From Gemmatimonadaceae bacterium (GTDB lineage: Bacteria > Gemmatimonadota > Gemmatimonadetes > Gemmatimonadales > Gemmatimonadaceae), in assembly GCA_020852815.1 (NCBI GenBank), contig JADZAN010000015.1:70840-134839 (forward strand): 64,000 bases of DNA, read 5' to 3'. The position numbers and the translations under genes were made by a program. Positions 8,833-17,159 of this stretch are shown one piece after another. The notes under the pieces are model-generated. The model was given only the letters and a program-made list of their open reading frames with translations, was not told the origin of the DNA and ran no database searches. How positions within the stretch are numbered: the stretch's first letter is position 1; each line of letters starts with the position of its first letter.

Positions 8833-11184
8833 CTAGCGCGCGATCCCGACCTGACGCGCCACCGACTCGAATCGCGGATCGGCGCGTATCTCCGCCGGCC
8901 ACGGCAGGGAGTAGAGACGCACGAGGTCGCTCACCCGATCGTCCACTGCGCGCGTGAGCCAGCGAAAGGCCTCCTCGTAGTCACCCACGCCAACGTGACA
9001 AATGGCGCGATCCAGCGGTGACACGTATTGCGTACGGGCACGCGCCTCCAGGCGTTGCAGCGCCTCACGCGCCACTTCGGGGTGCCCGCCGACGCCGGCG
9101 GTTATCCCGAGGTAGCCGAGCCCGGTGGCGCCATCGGTGAGGTCGACCAGTCGCTGGAAGTCGGCGACCGCCTCTTGGTGCCGCCCCTGCCAGATGTGCA
9201 CTGCACCCAGTGGCCAGTAGGTGAGGGCGAAGTTGGGGTCGAGTGCCTGCGTACGGGCCAGCTGTTCGAGCGCCTCGTCGAAGCGCCCGGCCCAGAAGAG
9301 GGCATACCCCATGTGCGCGTTGATGATGAGCGAGAGCGGGTCCAGCTGCAACGCGGTTCGCATTGCCTCGATCATCTCGTCCATCCGGCGCATCACCAGC
9401 AGGCACCACGCATACCACTGGTGTGCGCTGGCGTAGGTGGGGTCGAGCGCGATGGCGCGCGTGAACGACGCCTCGGCCCCCGCCCAGTCCCAGTCGTGGA
9501 ACAGGCGCGTGTACCCTAACGATGCGTGTGCCTGCGCCAGCGACTCGTCGATCTCCAGCGCGCGCATTGCCGCCGCCTTGGCCCTCGGATACGCCTCGCG
9601 CGGCGGGAGGTAGTTGTAGTACCCGAGCACGTTGTACGAATCGCCCAGCCCCGCGTAGGCAAGGGCGTACGCGGGGTCGCGGTCGATTGCCTCCTGGAAG
9701 TGGGCAATCGCCTTGAGGAAGCCATCGCGCGTGCGCTTGTTCCACTGGTACCGCCCGCGCAGGTAGGCGCGATACGCGACCGAATCCTCGGTGTAACGCC
9801 GCACCAGCTCCTGCCGCTCCTCTGCCGACAGCCGCAACCGGAGCGACTTCACGATCTCGCCGGCAATCTCCTCCTGCACGGCAAAGATGTCCTCGGCCGA
9901 GCGCGAGATGCGGTCCCCCCATAGCTGCGACTCGTTGACCGCGTCGGTGAGCTCGGCACTCACGTGCAGTGTTTGCCCGCGCTGGCGCACGCGCCCTGTC
10001 ACCAGCGCGCGAACGCGCAGCTCATTGGCGACAATCGGGATGTCGACGTCGCGCCGCTTGTAGCGAAAGACCACCGATCGCGGGACGACGCGCAGCCCCG
10101 AGACTCGCGTCAGCTTGTTGAGGATGGTCTCGGTGATCCCGTCGGCGAGGTACTCGTCGTCGCTCCCGCTGGCCGGCGAGTCGAACGGGAGCACCGCCAC
10201 CGAATCGATGGGCCCCGACGTCGGCGCGTTCGACGCGGGGTGCGCCACCATGGGAGACGACGTGGCGCTCGGCGTCGAGTGAGCGTCACGCGTGGTCTGC
10301 ACTGCGGGGGGCGACATGGGCAGGTGACGCGTGTCGAGGGAGCGCAGCGCGTTGCGCAGGAGCGCCGCCGAAGCGAAGCGCTCGTCAGGCTCCTTCGCCA
10401 TCGCCGTGCGAATGAGCTGTCGCAGTGCGTCGGGGATGTCGTCTCGCTCGAGCGGCGGCGGCTCCTTCACGAAGTGCGCCAGAATGATCTGCTGCGCCGT
10501 GCTCCCCTCGAACGGCGGACGCCCGGAGAGCATCTGGTACATCACGCACCCAAGAGCGTAGATGTCGGAGCGACCGTCGACCGCGTCCCCGCCTCCCTGC
10601 TCGGGGCTCATGTAGAGCGGCGTCCCCAGCACCAGCCCAGTGGCGGTGAGCGAACTCGCCGTGGGCTCGGCGGCCCTACTCACCGCCCGCGCGATGCCGA
10701 AGTCGGCGACGATCGCGTGTTCGTCTTCGAGGAGGATGTTGGCCGGCTTGATGTCGCGGTGAATCACTCCCTGCCGATGCGCATGGTCGAGCGCGTCGGC
10801 CACTTCCTCCGCCAGATGCACGACTTCGCCCACGGGAAGCGGCGCGGCAAGGGCAATGCGGTGCGCCAGCGACTCTCCGTTGATGAGCGGCATCGTGTAG
10901 TAAAGGATGCCCGACGCCTCGCCCGCGCTCAGCAGCGGGACGATGTGCGGATGGCGGAGCGTGGCCGCCACCTGGATTTCGCGACGAAAGCGCTCGGCGC
11001 TGATCCCGGAGGTGACCTCGGCCGTGACGACCTTGATGACCACCGTGCGGTCGAGCGCGATCTCGCGCGCGGCAAAGACGCGACTCATTCCGGCGCCGCC
11101 GAGTTCGCGTTCGATCTCGTATGTGCCGGCGAGCGCAGCGCTCAGCCGTTCACCAAGGAAGTCGGCGGGATGGGTCATGGACAT
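8833..11184 (-). CDS. Ser/Thr protein kinase (Hanks type) with C-terminal TPR domain
   Basis: Kinase motifs VVIKV, HRDIKPANILL, DFGIA and YMSPEQ, then a Ser/Pro-rich linker and C-terminal TPR repeats. Start is ATG 11184 (MSMTHP) or GTG 11202. Confidence 0.88.
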   Translation of the reverse strand: MSMTHPADFLGERLSAALAGTYEIERELGGAGMSRVFAAREIALDRTVVIKVVTAEVTSGISAERFRREIQVAATLRHPHIVPLLSAGEASGILYYTMPLINGESLAHRIALAAPLPVGEVVHLAEEVADALDHAHRQGVIHRDIKPANILLEDEHAIVADFGIARAVSRAAEPTASSLTATGLVLGTPLYMSPEQGGGDAVDGRSDIYALGCVMYQMLSGRPPFEGSTAQQIILAHFVKEPPPLERDDIPDALRQLIRTAMAKEPDERFASAALLRNALRSLDTRHLPMSPPAVQTTRDAHSTPSATSSPMVAHPASNAPTSGPIDSVAVLPFDSPASGSDDEYLADGITETILNKLTRVSGLRVVPRSVVFRYKRRDVDIPIVANELRVRALVTGRVRQRGQTLHVSAELTDAVNESQLWGDRISRSAEDIFAVQEEIAGEIVKSLRLRLSAEERQELVRRYTEDSVAYRAYLRGRYQWNKRTRDGFLKAIAHFQEAIDRDPAYALAYAGLGDSYNVLGYYNYLPPREAYPRAKAAAMRALEIDESLAQAHASLGYTRLFHDWDWAGAEASFTRAIALDPTYASAHQWYAWCLLVMRRMDEMIEAMRTALQLDPLSLIINAHMGYALFWAGRFDEALEQLARTQALDPNFALTYWPLGAVHIWQGRHQEAVADFQRLVDLTDGATGLGYLGITAGVGGHPEVAREALQRLEARARTQYVSPLDRAICHVGVGDYEEAFRWLTRAVDDRVSDLVRLYSLPWPAEIRADPRFESVARQVGIAR

Positions 11185-11379
11185 CGGAGGGGAACCTACC
11201 ACCGCGCACCGCTTTCGGCGCCCCCACGGTCGCGATCGCCACCGCGCCTAGAAGTTGACAGATGGCGGTTTCGCATTGCCACGTCTTGCGAGGTTGCGGG
11301 CACGGCCGTAGAACGGGTGCTCGCCGCGCTGTGTATCCCGCCGCGGCGGTCGGCGTCCCCCCCCTCCCCGAGGCTTCCC

Positions 11380-12282
11380 ATGGCGCGCGCGACCTCGAGC
11401 CCCCTCCCCCCCCTCCCGCCCACCATCAGCATCCCGACGTTCAAGGTCACGTCGAAGCCCACCGGCACCATCAACATCCCCGCCTCGGTCCCCTTCTACT
11501 ACGCCGGGATCAGCTCGATCTGGGTCTACTGGCAGGTCGAACTCCCGGTCCTGCTCAAGTACCTCAAGCCATTGGGGATGCTCCCAGCACAGTTCGAGGG
11601 GATGGGGGCCGTGGGGATCAACTTCTTCAACGCGGTCGCGCTCTACGGCCAGGGGGAGCCCGGGAATCCCGGCGCCTCGGGCTTCAACGAGACCGAACTC
11701 AACATCCTCGCCTTCGCCGCCAACCAGGCACCTAACGTCCCGGCGATGACGCTGCAGGAGTACCTGGCCAACGGCGACCAGACCAAGCGCATTGGCAACT
11801 ATCGCGTCTGGGTGGCATGCGACAGCGCCGTCGCGGTGGCCGCCGGGCAGCAGCTCTACTTCGAGAACAAGTTCCAGGTCGACTACAAGTACAACGTCCC
11901 CGCGCTCAACAACCCGGGGCAGGGCGCCTATGCCTGGACCTGTTACGACCACGACGACAACTCGAAGAGCATCTACAGCGCGAATGTGTCGCTCACCGGG
12001 CTCACACCAACGTCCGGCAACATGTCGGAGTGGGTCGACCTGAGCTACGTGGGGAGCGCCAAGCGCGTCGCGGGGTCGCGCCGGAACTACTTCGGGATGC
12101 ACGACACGTATCACATCCCCAAGGCGAACCGCAACGCGGTGACGATCTCGCTAGGCCAGAGCCCGCACCCGATGCGTCACGACATGGAGAAGCTCATCGG
12201 CGAACGCAAGGCGGTCGCGGTGCAGGTCTTCAACAGCGCGCCCTGCATCGCCGAGGCGCGCGCATACTGGGCCGACCTCTAG
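11380..12282 (+). CDS. Hypothetical protein (300 aa), first gene of the GMC operon
   Basis: ATG 11380 is in frame inside the long ORF 9964..12282, whose upstream part is antisense to the kinase gene. It ends 15 nt before the next gene. I could assign no motif, signal peptide or CXXCH. A vague resemblance to acetoacetate-decarboxylase-like folds is not supported well enough to call. Confidence 0.6.
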   Translation: MARATSSPLPPLPPTISIPTFKVTSKPTGTINIPASVPFYYAGISSIWVYWQVELPVLLKYLKPLGMLPAQFEGMGAVGINFFNAVALYGQGEPGNPGASGFNETELNILAFAANQAPNVPAMTLQEYLANGDQTKRIGNYRVWVACDSAVAVAAGQQLYFENKFQVDYKYNVPALNNPGQGAYAWTCYDHDDNSKSIYSANVSLTGLTPTSGNMSEWVDLSYVGSAKRVAGSRRNYFGMHDTYHIPKANRNAVTISLGQSPHPMRHDMEKLIGERKAVAVQVFNSAPCIAEARAYWADL

Positions 12283-12297
12283 ACAGGGAGCGCCGAC

Positions 12298-12780
12298 ATG
12301 CCGCGCACGGTGGCTCCACCCGATACGCGCCGACAGTTCGTGGCGCTCTCCGTGATCCTCACCGGCTTTGACGACGCCGAGCTGTGGGGGACGGGGATGG
12401 TCGACACCTACATCGACTGGATTCGCCGCATCATCGGCGACACGCGCCTGGGCGACCTGCTCTCGGTCTCGCAGGCGGCGATGGATGCGTCGAACGGCAA
12501 GCAGGCGACGCTTGATCGACTCATACGACTCAACGTGCTGGACGACGACATGCTCGGCCCGGTGGCGCGCAACCTCATCGTGCTCTGGTACCTGGGGCAG
12601 TGGAACCAGCTTCCGGGGGACTGGCGCGATGCGCATGGCGCGAGCGCGCTCGACGTCACGTGCATGGTGTCGCCAGACGCCTACGCCGAGGGGTTGGTGT
12701 GGAAGGCCATCCACACGCACCCGCAGGGCGCCAAGCAGCCGGGGTTCGGCTCGTGGTCGCTTCCGCCGGTGACGCGATGA
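12298..12780 (+). CDS. Small Tat-signal (hitch-hiker) subunit of an FAD sugar-dehydrogenase-type complex
   Basis: GGGAG (12286-12290) lies 7 nt before the ATG. Twin-arginine motif DTRRQFVALSVIL. The IVLWYLGQW region resembles the small subunits of gluconate 2-DH / sorbitol DH complexes (recalled family signature). Confidence 0.65.
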   Translation: MPRTVAPPDTRRQFVALSVILTGFDDAELWGTGMVDTYIDWIRRIIGDTRLGDLLSVSQAAMDASNGKQATLDRLIRLNVLDDDMLGPVARNLIVLWYLGQWNQLPGDWRDAHGASALDVTCMVSPDAYAEGLVWKAIHTHPQGAKQPGFGSWSLPPVTR

Positions 12781-14582
12781 CGATGCCACAGGGGAGTTAC
12801 GACGCGGTCATCATCGGGGCGGGGCCGGTAGGGCTCAACATCGCCAAGGTGCTCAGCGACCGCGGCAAGCGCGTCCTCCTCCTCGAGGCGGGGCGCGCCT
12901 CCGGGCTGTCGTATGACGGATGGCTGTCCTACGTCGACACCTTTCGCTCGGCGCTCATCAAGGAGCCCAACTCGCCGTATCCGCCTAACGCGAACGCGCC
13001 CAGCACGTACGCGCAGGACGTGTACAACATGCAGAAGCACGTCCCCATTCTCTCCGGTTACCAGGTGGAGAAGGGGCCGCTGGCCTTTGGCTCGACGTAC
13101 CTGCGCTCGCTCGGCGGGACGTCGCTGCACTGGCTGGGGACGTGTCCGCGCATGGTGCCCAACGACTTTCGCATGAAGACGGCGTACGGCGTCGGGGTCG
13201 ACTGGCCGCTGACGTACGACGAGCTGCAACCGTACTACTGTCGCGCCGAGTGGGCGTTAGGCGTGTCGGCGAACAAGGAGGACCAGGAGCACTTCGGGAT
13301 GTGGTTTCCCGAGGACTACGACTATCCGATGGAGCGCATTCCCCAGAGCTATTCGGACCAGTTGTATGCCCGGGGGGCGGCGAGGGCCAAGGTGCAGTGG
13401 GCGGGGCGCGAGTACGGGATGACGGTGACGTCGCTTCCGCAGGCGCGCAACTCCATTCCGCGCGCCGGCTATCGTCCGCGGGGGGCGGTGGGGGCGCCGC
13501 ACGTGGGACAGCGGTGCGAGGGTAACGCCAGCTGCATCCCCATCTGTCCCGTGCAGGCCAAGTACAGCGCGCTCCGCACGCTGGGTGAGCTCGATGCGAA
13601 CTTCTACACGCTGGTGACGCAGGCCGTGGCCACGCGCCTCCTCATCGACGAGAGCGGGCGCATTGGCGGTGTGGAGTTCAAGCGCTACGCCAGCGAGTCG
13701 TCCAACCAGTCGCAGACGTACACCGCATACGGGACGTTGTACGTGGTGGCCGCGCACGCGGTGGAGGGCGCCAAGCTCCTGCTTGCGTCGGGGGCTGCCA
13801 ACTCGAGCGACCAGGTGGGGCGCAACCTGATGGACCATCCGTTCTTCCTCACGTGGGCGCTCAATCCCACGCCGGTGGGAGCGTTCCGCGGCCCCGGGCA
13901 GACGTCGGAGATCCCGTCGTTTCGCGACGGCCCGTTCCGCAACGAGTTCGCCGCCTTCCGCATCGACCTGGGGAACTGGGGGTGGGACGTTGCCACCTTT
14001 CCCCCCGGGAGCAACGTGAACGACGCAGTGGGGAAGAACGTCTTCGGCAAGGCGCTGCGACAGTCGCTGGAGCACCAGATCACCCGCCAGCTGCGCGTGG
14101 GCTACGTGGTGGAGCAGCTGCCGGAGGCGGGCAATCGCGTCACGATCGATCGCGAGTTCCTGGATCCGCTGGGGTGCTATCGCCCGGTGATTCACTACAA
14201 CGTGTCGGACTACACGCGCGAGGCGATGGTGCGGGCCAACGAGGTATCGAATGCGCTCTTCCGTGCCATGGGGATCGCCCCGCACGACATCAGGACGTCG
14301 CACACGCCGGACAACACCCCGGGGTACATGACCTACAAGGGGCGCGACGGCAAGGAGTACTCGTTAGGGTTCTACGGTTCGGGGCACCACATGGGGACGC
14401 ATCGCATGGGGGTGAGCCGCACCGACTCGGTGACCGACGCCAATTGCCGCAGTTGGGACCACGAGAACCTGTACGTGGTGGGATGCGGGAGCATGCCGAC
14501 CGTTGGCGCCTCCAACCCCACCATCACCGCCGTGGCCATCGCGCTCAAGGCGGCTGACCACATGCTCACCCAGCTCGGTTGA
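12777..14582 (+). CDS. GMC-family FAD oxidoreductase, catalytic subunit, Fe-S-type Cys motif
   Basis: ATG 12777 overlaps the upstream stop (ATGA). FAD fold YDAVIIGAGPVG..VLLLEAG. Cys-rich CEGNASCIPICPVQAKY. C-terminal GMC signatures GSGHHMGTHRMG and NLYVVGCGSMPT. Confidence 0.88.
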   Translation: MTMPQGSYDAVIIGAGPVGLNIAKVLSDRGKRVLLLEAGRASGLSYDGWLSYVDTFRSALIKEPNSPYPPNANAPSTYAQDVYNMQKHVPILSGYQVEKGPLAFGSTYLRSLGGTSLHWLGTCPRMVPNDFRMKTAYGVGVDWPLTYDELQPYYCRAEWALGVSANKEDQEHFGMWFPEDYDYPMERIPQSYSDQLYARGAARAKVQWAGREYGMTVTSLPQARNSIPRAGYRPRGAVGAPHVGQRCEGNASCIPICPVQAKYSALRTLGELDANFYTLVTQAVATRLLIDESGRIGGVEFKRYASESSNQSQTYTAYGTLYVVAAHAVEGAKLLLASGAANSSDQVGRNLMDHPFFLTWALNPTPVGAFRGPGQTSEIPSFRDGPFRNEFAAFRIDLGNWGWDVATFPPGSNVNDAVGKNVFGKALRQSLEHQITRQLRVGYVVEQLPEAGNRVTIDREFLDPLGCYRPVIHYNVSDYTREAMVRANEVSNALFRAMGIAPHDIRTSHTPDNTPGYMTYKGRDGKEYSLGFYGSGHHMGTHRMGVSRTDSVTDANCRSWDHENLYVVGCGSMPTVGASNPTITAVAIALKAADHMLTQLG

Positions 14583-14590
14583 GGCGGGCG

Positions 14591-15604
14591 ATGCCAATCA
14601 CCGATTACGACAGCCTGGTCGACCACCTGAAGACCGCGATCGCGATCGAGCACGCCACGATCGCGCCGTATCTCTGTGCGCTCTATTCCATCCCCGAAGG
14701 GACCAACCACGAGGCGCAGGCCATCGTGCGCAGCGTGGTGATGGAGGAGATGCTGCACATGACGCTGGCGGCCAACGTCCTCGTTGCCGTGGGCGGCAAG
14801 CCCGTGATCGCGTCCGCCGCCGCCGTCCCGCGGTACCCAGCCTACCTTCCGCACTCGAACAAGCGCTTTCAGGTGCAACTTCTCCCGCTCGGGCGCGAGG
14901 CATTGCAGACCTTCCTCCTCATCGAGAGCCCGGCCCCCGCCTCGGCGCCGCCGGAGGGAGACCACTACAACACCCTCGGGCAGTTCTACGCCGCCGTCGA
15001 GGATGGGCTCAGGTTCTGCGCGAAGAAGTACGGCGAGCGGAAGCTCTTCTCCGGGAAGCGCGCGATGCAGGTGCCGCCGGAACGCTGGTACTACGGCGGC
15101 GGGGGCGACTGCATCGAGGTGCACAATCTCGAGACCGCGCTGCGTGCCCTGGACGAGATCACCGAGCAGGGCGAGGGTTACGACGGCGGGATCACCGACG
15201 GCGACGGCGCCTTCAACGACGTCGACGAGCTGGCGCACTTCCATCGCTTCAACGAGCTGCTGCAGGGGCGCCGCTACGTGGCCACCGACTCCGACGCCAG
15301 CGGCCCCACCGGCGATGAACTCCCCGTCGACTGGAGCGTGATTGCCCCCATGGCCCCCAACCCGCGCACATCGCAGTACCGGCGCCATCGCACCATCCAC
15401 CAGGCCATGGTGACGTTCAACCGCACGTACACGCGACTCCTCCAGCAGCTGCAACTCGCCTTCACGGGACGACCGGCGGCGCTGCAGGAGGCGGTGCCGA
15501 TCATGTACGAGATGCGCTACCAGGCGCAGGCGCTGATGCGCATCCCCTCGCCCATCGTCGAGGGGAAGACCGTCGGCCCTGCCTTCGAATACGATGCGTC
15601 GTAG
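14591..15604 (+). CDS. Ferritin-like domain protein (PF12902-like four-helix bundle)
   Basis: ATG 14591 lies 8 nt after the GMC stop and is preceded by GAGG. Helices LKTAIAIEHATIAPYLCALYS and VVMEEMLHMTLAANVLVAVGGKP match the ferritin-like family seen at the N-terminus of VioB (recalled signature). Confidence 0.7.
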   Translation: MPITDYDSLVDHLKTAIAIEHATIAPYLCALYSIPEGTNHEAQAIVRSVVMEEMLHMTLAANVLVAVGGKPVIASAAAVPRYPAYLPHSNKRFQVQLLPLGREALQTFLLIESPAPASAPPEGDHYNTLGQFYAAVEDGLRFCAKKYGERKLFSGKRAMQVPPERWYYGGGGDCIEVHNLETALRALDEITEQGEGYDGGITDGDGAFNDVDELAHFHRFNELLQGRRYVATDSDASGPTGDELPVDWSVIAPMAPNPRTSQYRRHRTIHQAMVTFNRTYTRLLQQLQLAFTGRPAALQEAVPIMYEMRYQAQALMRIPSPIVEGKTVGPAFEYDAS

Positions 15605-15612
15605 CGAGCGCC

Positions 15613-15628
15613 CGCGAGGCGCCTCGCG
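15613..15628. terminator. Perfect 16-nt palindrome between convergent stops
   Basis: CGCGAGGCGCCTCGCG fills the gap between the stop at 15604 (+) and the stop at 15629 (-). Confidence 0.3.
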
Positions 15629-15964
15629 TCAGGGCGCCTGCAGGTGCACGAAGCCGGCAATGCGCTCCAGGGAGACGAAGGAAACGTTGTGCGTCCCCTC
15701 GAAGCACTGCGACCAACCCTTCACCACCGCCTGCCACTCCTTGCTGGCCAGGTGACGCTGCAAGGCGGCATTGTCGAGATACGACTCGTAGAACATCAGC
15801 TTGCGCGTGGGGCGCCCAGTCTTTCGGCTGAGGACGCGATGCACGAGGTAGAATACCACGCCAGGCTGTTCGCGCTCCGCCTGCGCGCGAACCGCCGCCA
15901 GCCGCGCCAGGGCCAGTTCTTCCTTGCCGGCCTTCATGGTGAAGTGCGCGATGGATGTGATCAT
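15629..15964 (-). CDS. Antibiotic-biosynthesis-monooxygenase (ABM)-like small protein
   Basis: 111 aa from ATG 15964 (MITSIAHFTMKAGKEE..FYLVHRV..FYESYLDNAALQRH). Size and pattern are typical of an ABM dimeric alpha-beta barrel. Confidence 0.65.
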   Translation of the reverse strand: MITSIAHFTMKAGKEELALARLAAVRAQAEREQPGVVFYLVHRVLSRKTGRPTRKLMFYESYLDNAALQRHLASKEWQAVVKGWSQCFEGTHNVSFVSLERIAGFVHLQAP

Positions 15965-16082
15965 CGAGGGCGAGTGTAGGGAGAGAGAGGGGGCACGAGC
16001 TGGCGGCGGGCGTCGCACCTGCCGCGACGCCCGATACCCTACAAGCCAGAAGGCGACGCGTCAAACCGCGCCGCCTTCTCAA

Positions 16083-16177
16083 CCCCAGCCTTCGCTGGGG
16101 CAGGCCCCAGCCTTCGCTGGGACAGGCTTCTCGTCCCCAGCTTTCGCTGGGGCGGGCTTCTCGTCTTCTCGTCTTCC
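16083..16177 (+). repeat. Repeat family 1, locus A: three tandem CCCCAGC-N4-GCTGGGG hairpin units with (T)TCTCGTC flanks
   Basis: Hairpins at 16083-16100 (CCCCAGCCTTCGCTGGGG), 16105-16121 and 16135-16152, followed by CGGGCTTCTCGTCTTCTCGTCTTCC. Intergenic. Confidence 0.85.
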
Positions 16178-16180
16178 GCC

Positions 16181-16753
16181 CTACCAGGCGACGATATACC
16201 CCGAGAAGTGTCGAATCGGCCAGTTGAACGTCCGATTGTCCTCGCTCACCGAGCCCGGAATGAACTCCGCGACCAGCGCACTCGCGCCACTCGCATCCAC
16301 GAGCGACCGGTCTGGGAAGTAGCCGCCCTGCAGCGTGCTCCCCGACGGAACGTCGATGCCGGCGAGGTGCTGCGACGCAACGAGCGGACGCAGAAAGACG
16401 GTGCCGTGCGGCTTGAACTCGTAGGCCACCGCCTTCCCCTTGAGTGCCGTCACCGTGAAGCGTGTCGTGCGGGCCACCGCCCCACGGGGAACGGTGAGGG
16501 TGAAGCCTAGCTGCGGAATGCGGATCGAGCCGCCGCCGCTCCCGATGCGTCGCGCCACGGTGATGTCCCGCGCCAGCGCGGCATCGCGCACCAGCGGAGT
16601 CGTCGCCATGAGCACGCCGACTTCGGCGGTGTTGGGCGCATGCGACTGCAGCGACGACGCCGGCGTACCGGGAGCGGCCGGATCTCCAGCACAGGCGGCG
16701 AGCGCCCAGAGGGCCAGCAGTTGCGTGGCCCCAACGAGGTGTTTCCGGATCAT
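16181..16753 (-). CDS. Hypothetical lipoprotein
   Basis: ATG 16753 is preceded by GGAGA (alternative ATG at 16768). Signal peptide plus lipobox: MIRKHLVGATQLLALWALAAC. I recognised no catalytic motif. Confidence 0.6.
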   Translation of the reverse strand: MIRKHLVGATQLLALWALAACAGDPAAPGTPASSLQSHAPNTAEVGVLMATTPLVRDAALARDITVARRIGSGGGSIRIPQLGFTLTVPRGAVARTTRFTVTALKGKAVAYEFKPHGTVFLRPLVASQHLAGIDVPSGSTLQGGYFPDRSLVDASGASALVAEFIPGSVSEDNRTFNWPIRHFSGYIVAW

Positions 16754-17159
16754 GCTTCTCTCCAACATGCGAGGGTTTGGCCTGGATCACCCCAATTGGG
16801 TGTCCCGTTGTGCTTGCCTCCCCGCCCCTCCCATCAGCGGTCTAGGGCATCACGCGCGCCTGACTGGGAACGGTCACCGAGTTCAGGGGGAACAGCGTAG
16901 TTGGTCAGGCGTGCGCGGCCGGTGGCCTGCGTCACGTTCTTGCTCGCGCCGTGTGATTCGGCGGCTGACTCTTGTGATCTACGCCTCGTATGCGACGCCT
17001 CGACATCGCATCAACGCGTATCGAGACGACCATCGCATTCCGAGGTCACGAACGCTTTTCGGGAAGGCTCGCGCTTCATCGGCACGCATCGCGTGCGGGG
17101 TTGCGATCCGCTTGGCGCTGACGCATTACAGTCGTTCACTCTCGGCTCGGAAGGAGCGC

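Noticed and set aside
319-11184. Nuclease + kinase + HD-domain genes as an anti-phage defence island
   Set aside because: The nuclease has a signal peptide or lipobox and adhesion-type domains, so it is extracellular. The HD protein is a standard HD-GYP. There are no ATPase, helicase, methylase, TIR/SIR2, immunity or mobile-element genes in the neighbourhood.
9964-11379. Upstream 472 codons of the 772-aa ORF 9964..12282 (+)
   Set aside because: It lies antisense to the well-supported kinase gene and is Arg/Gly/Asp/His-rich low-complexity sequence, typical of spurious open frames in high-GC DNA. Only the part from ATG 11380 looks like a real gene.
16083-16177. Family 1 hairpins as canonical Rho-independent terminators
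   Set aside because: The 7-bp stems are not followed by a U-tract in either orientation, and they occur in multiples. They may still affect transcripts, but the intrinsic-terminator call is not supported.
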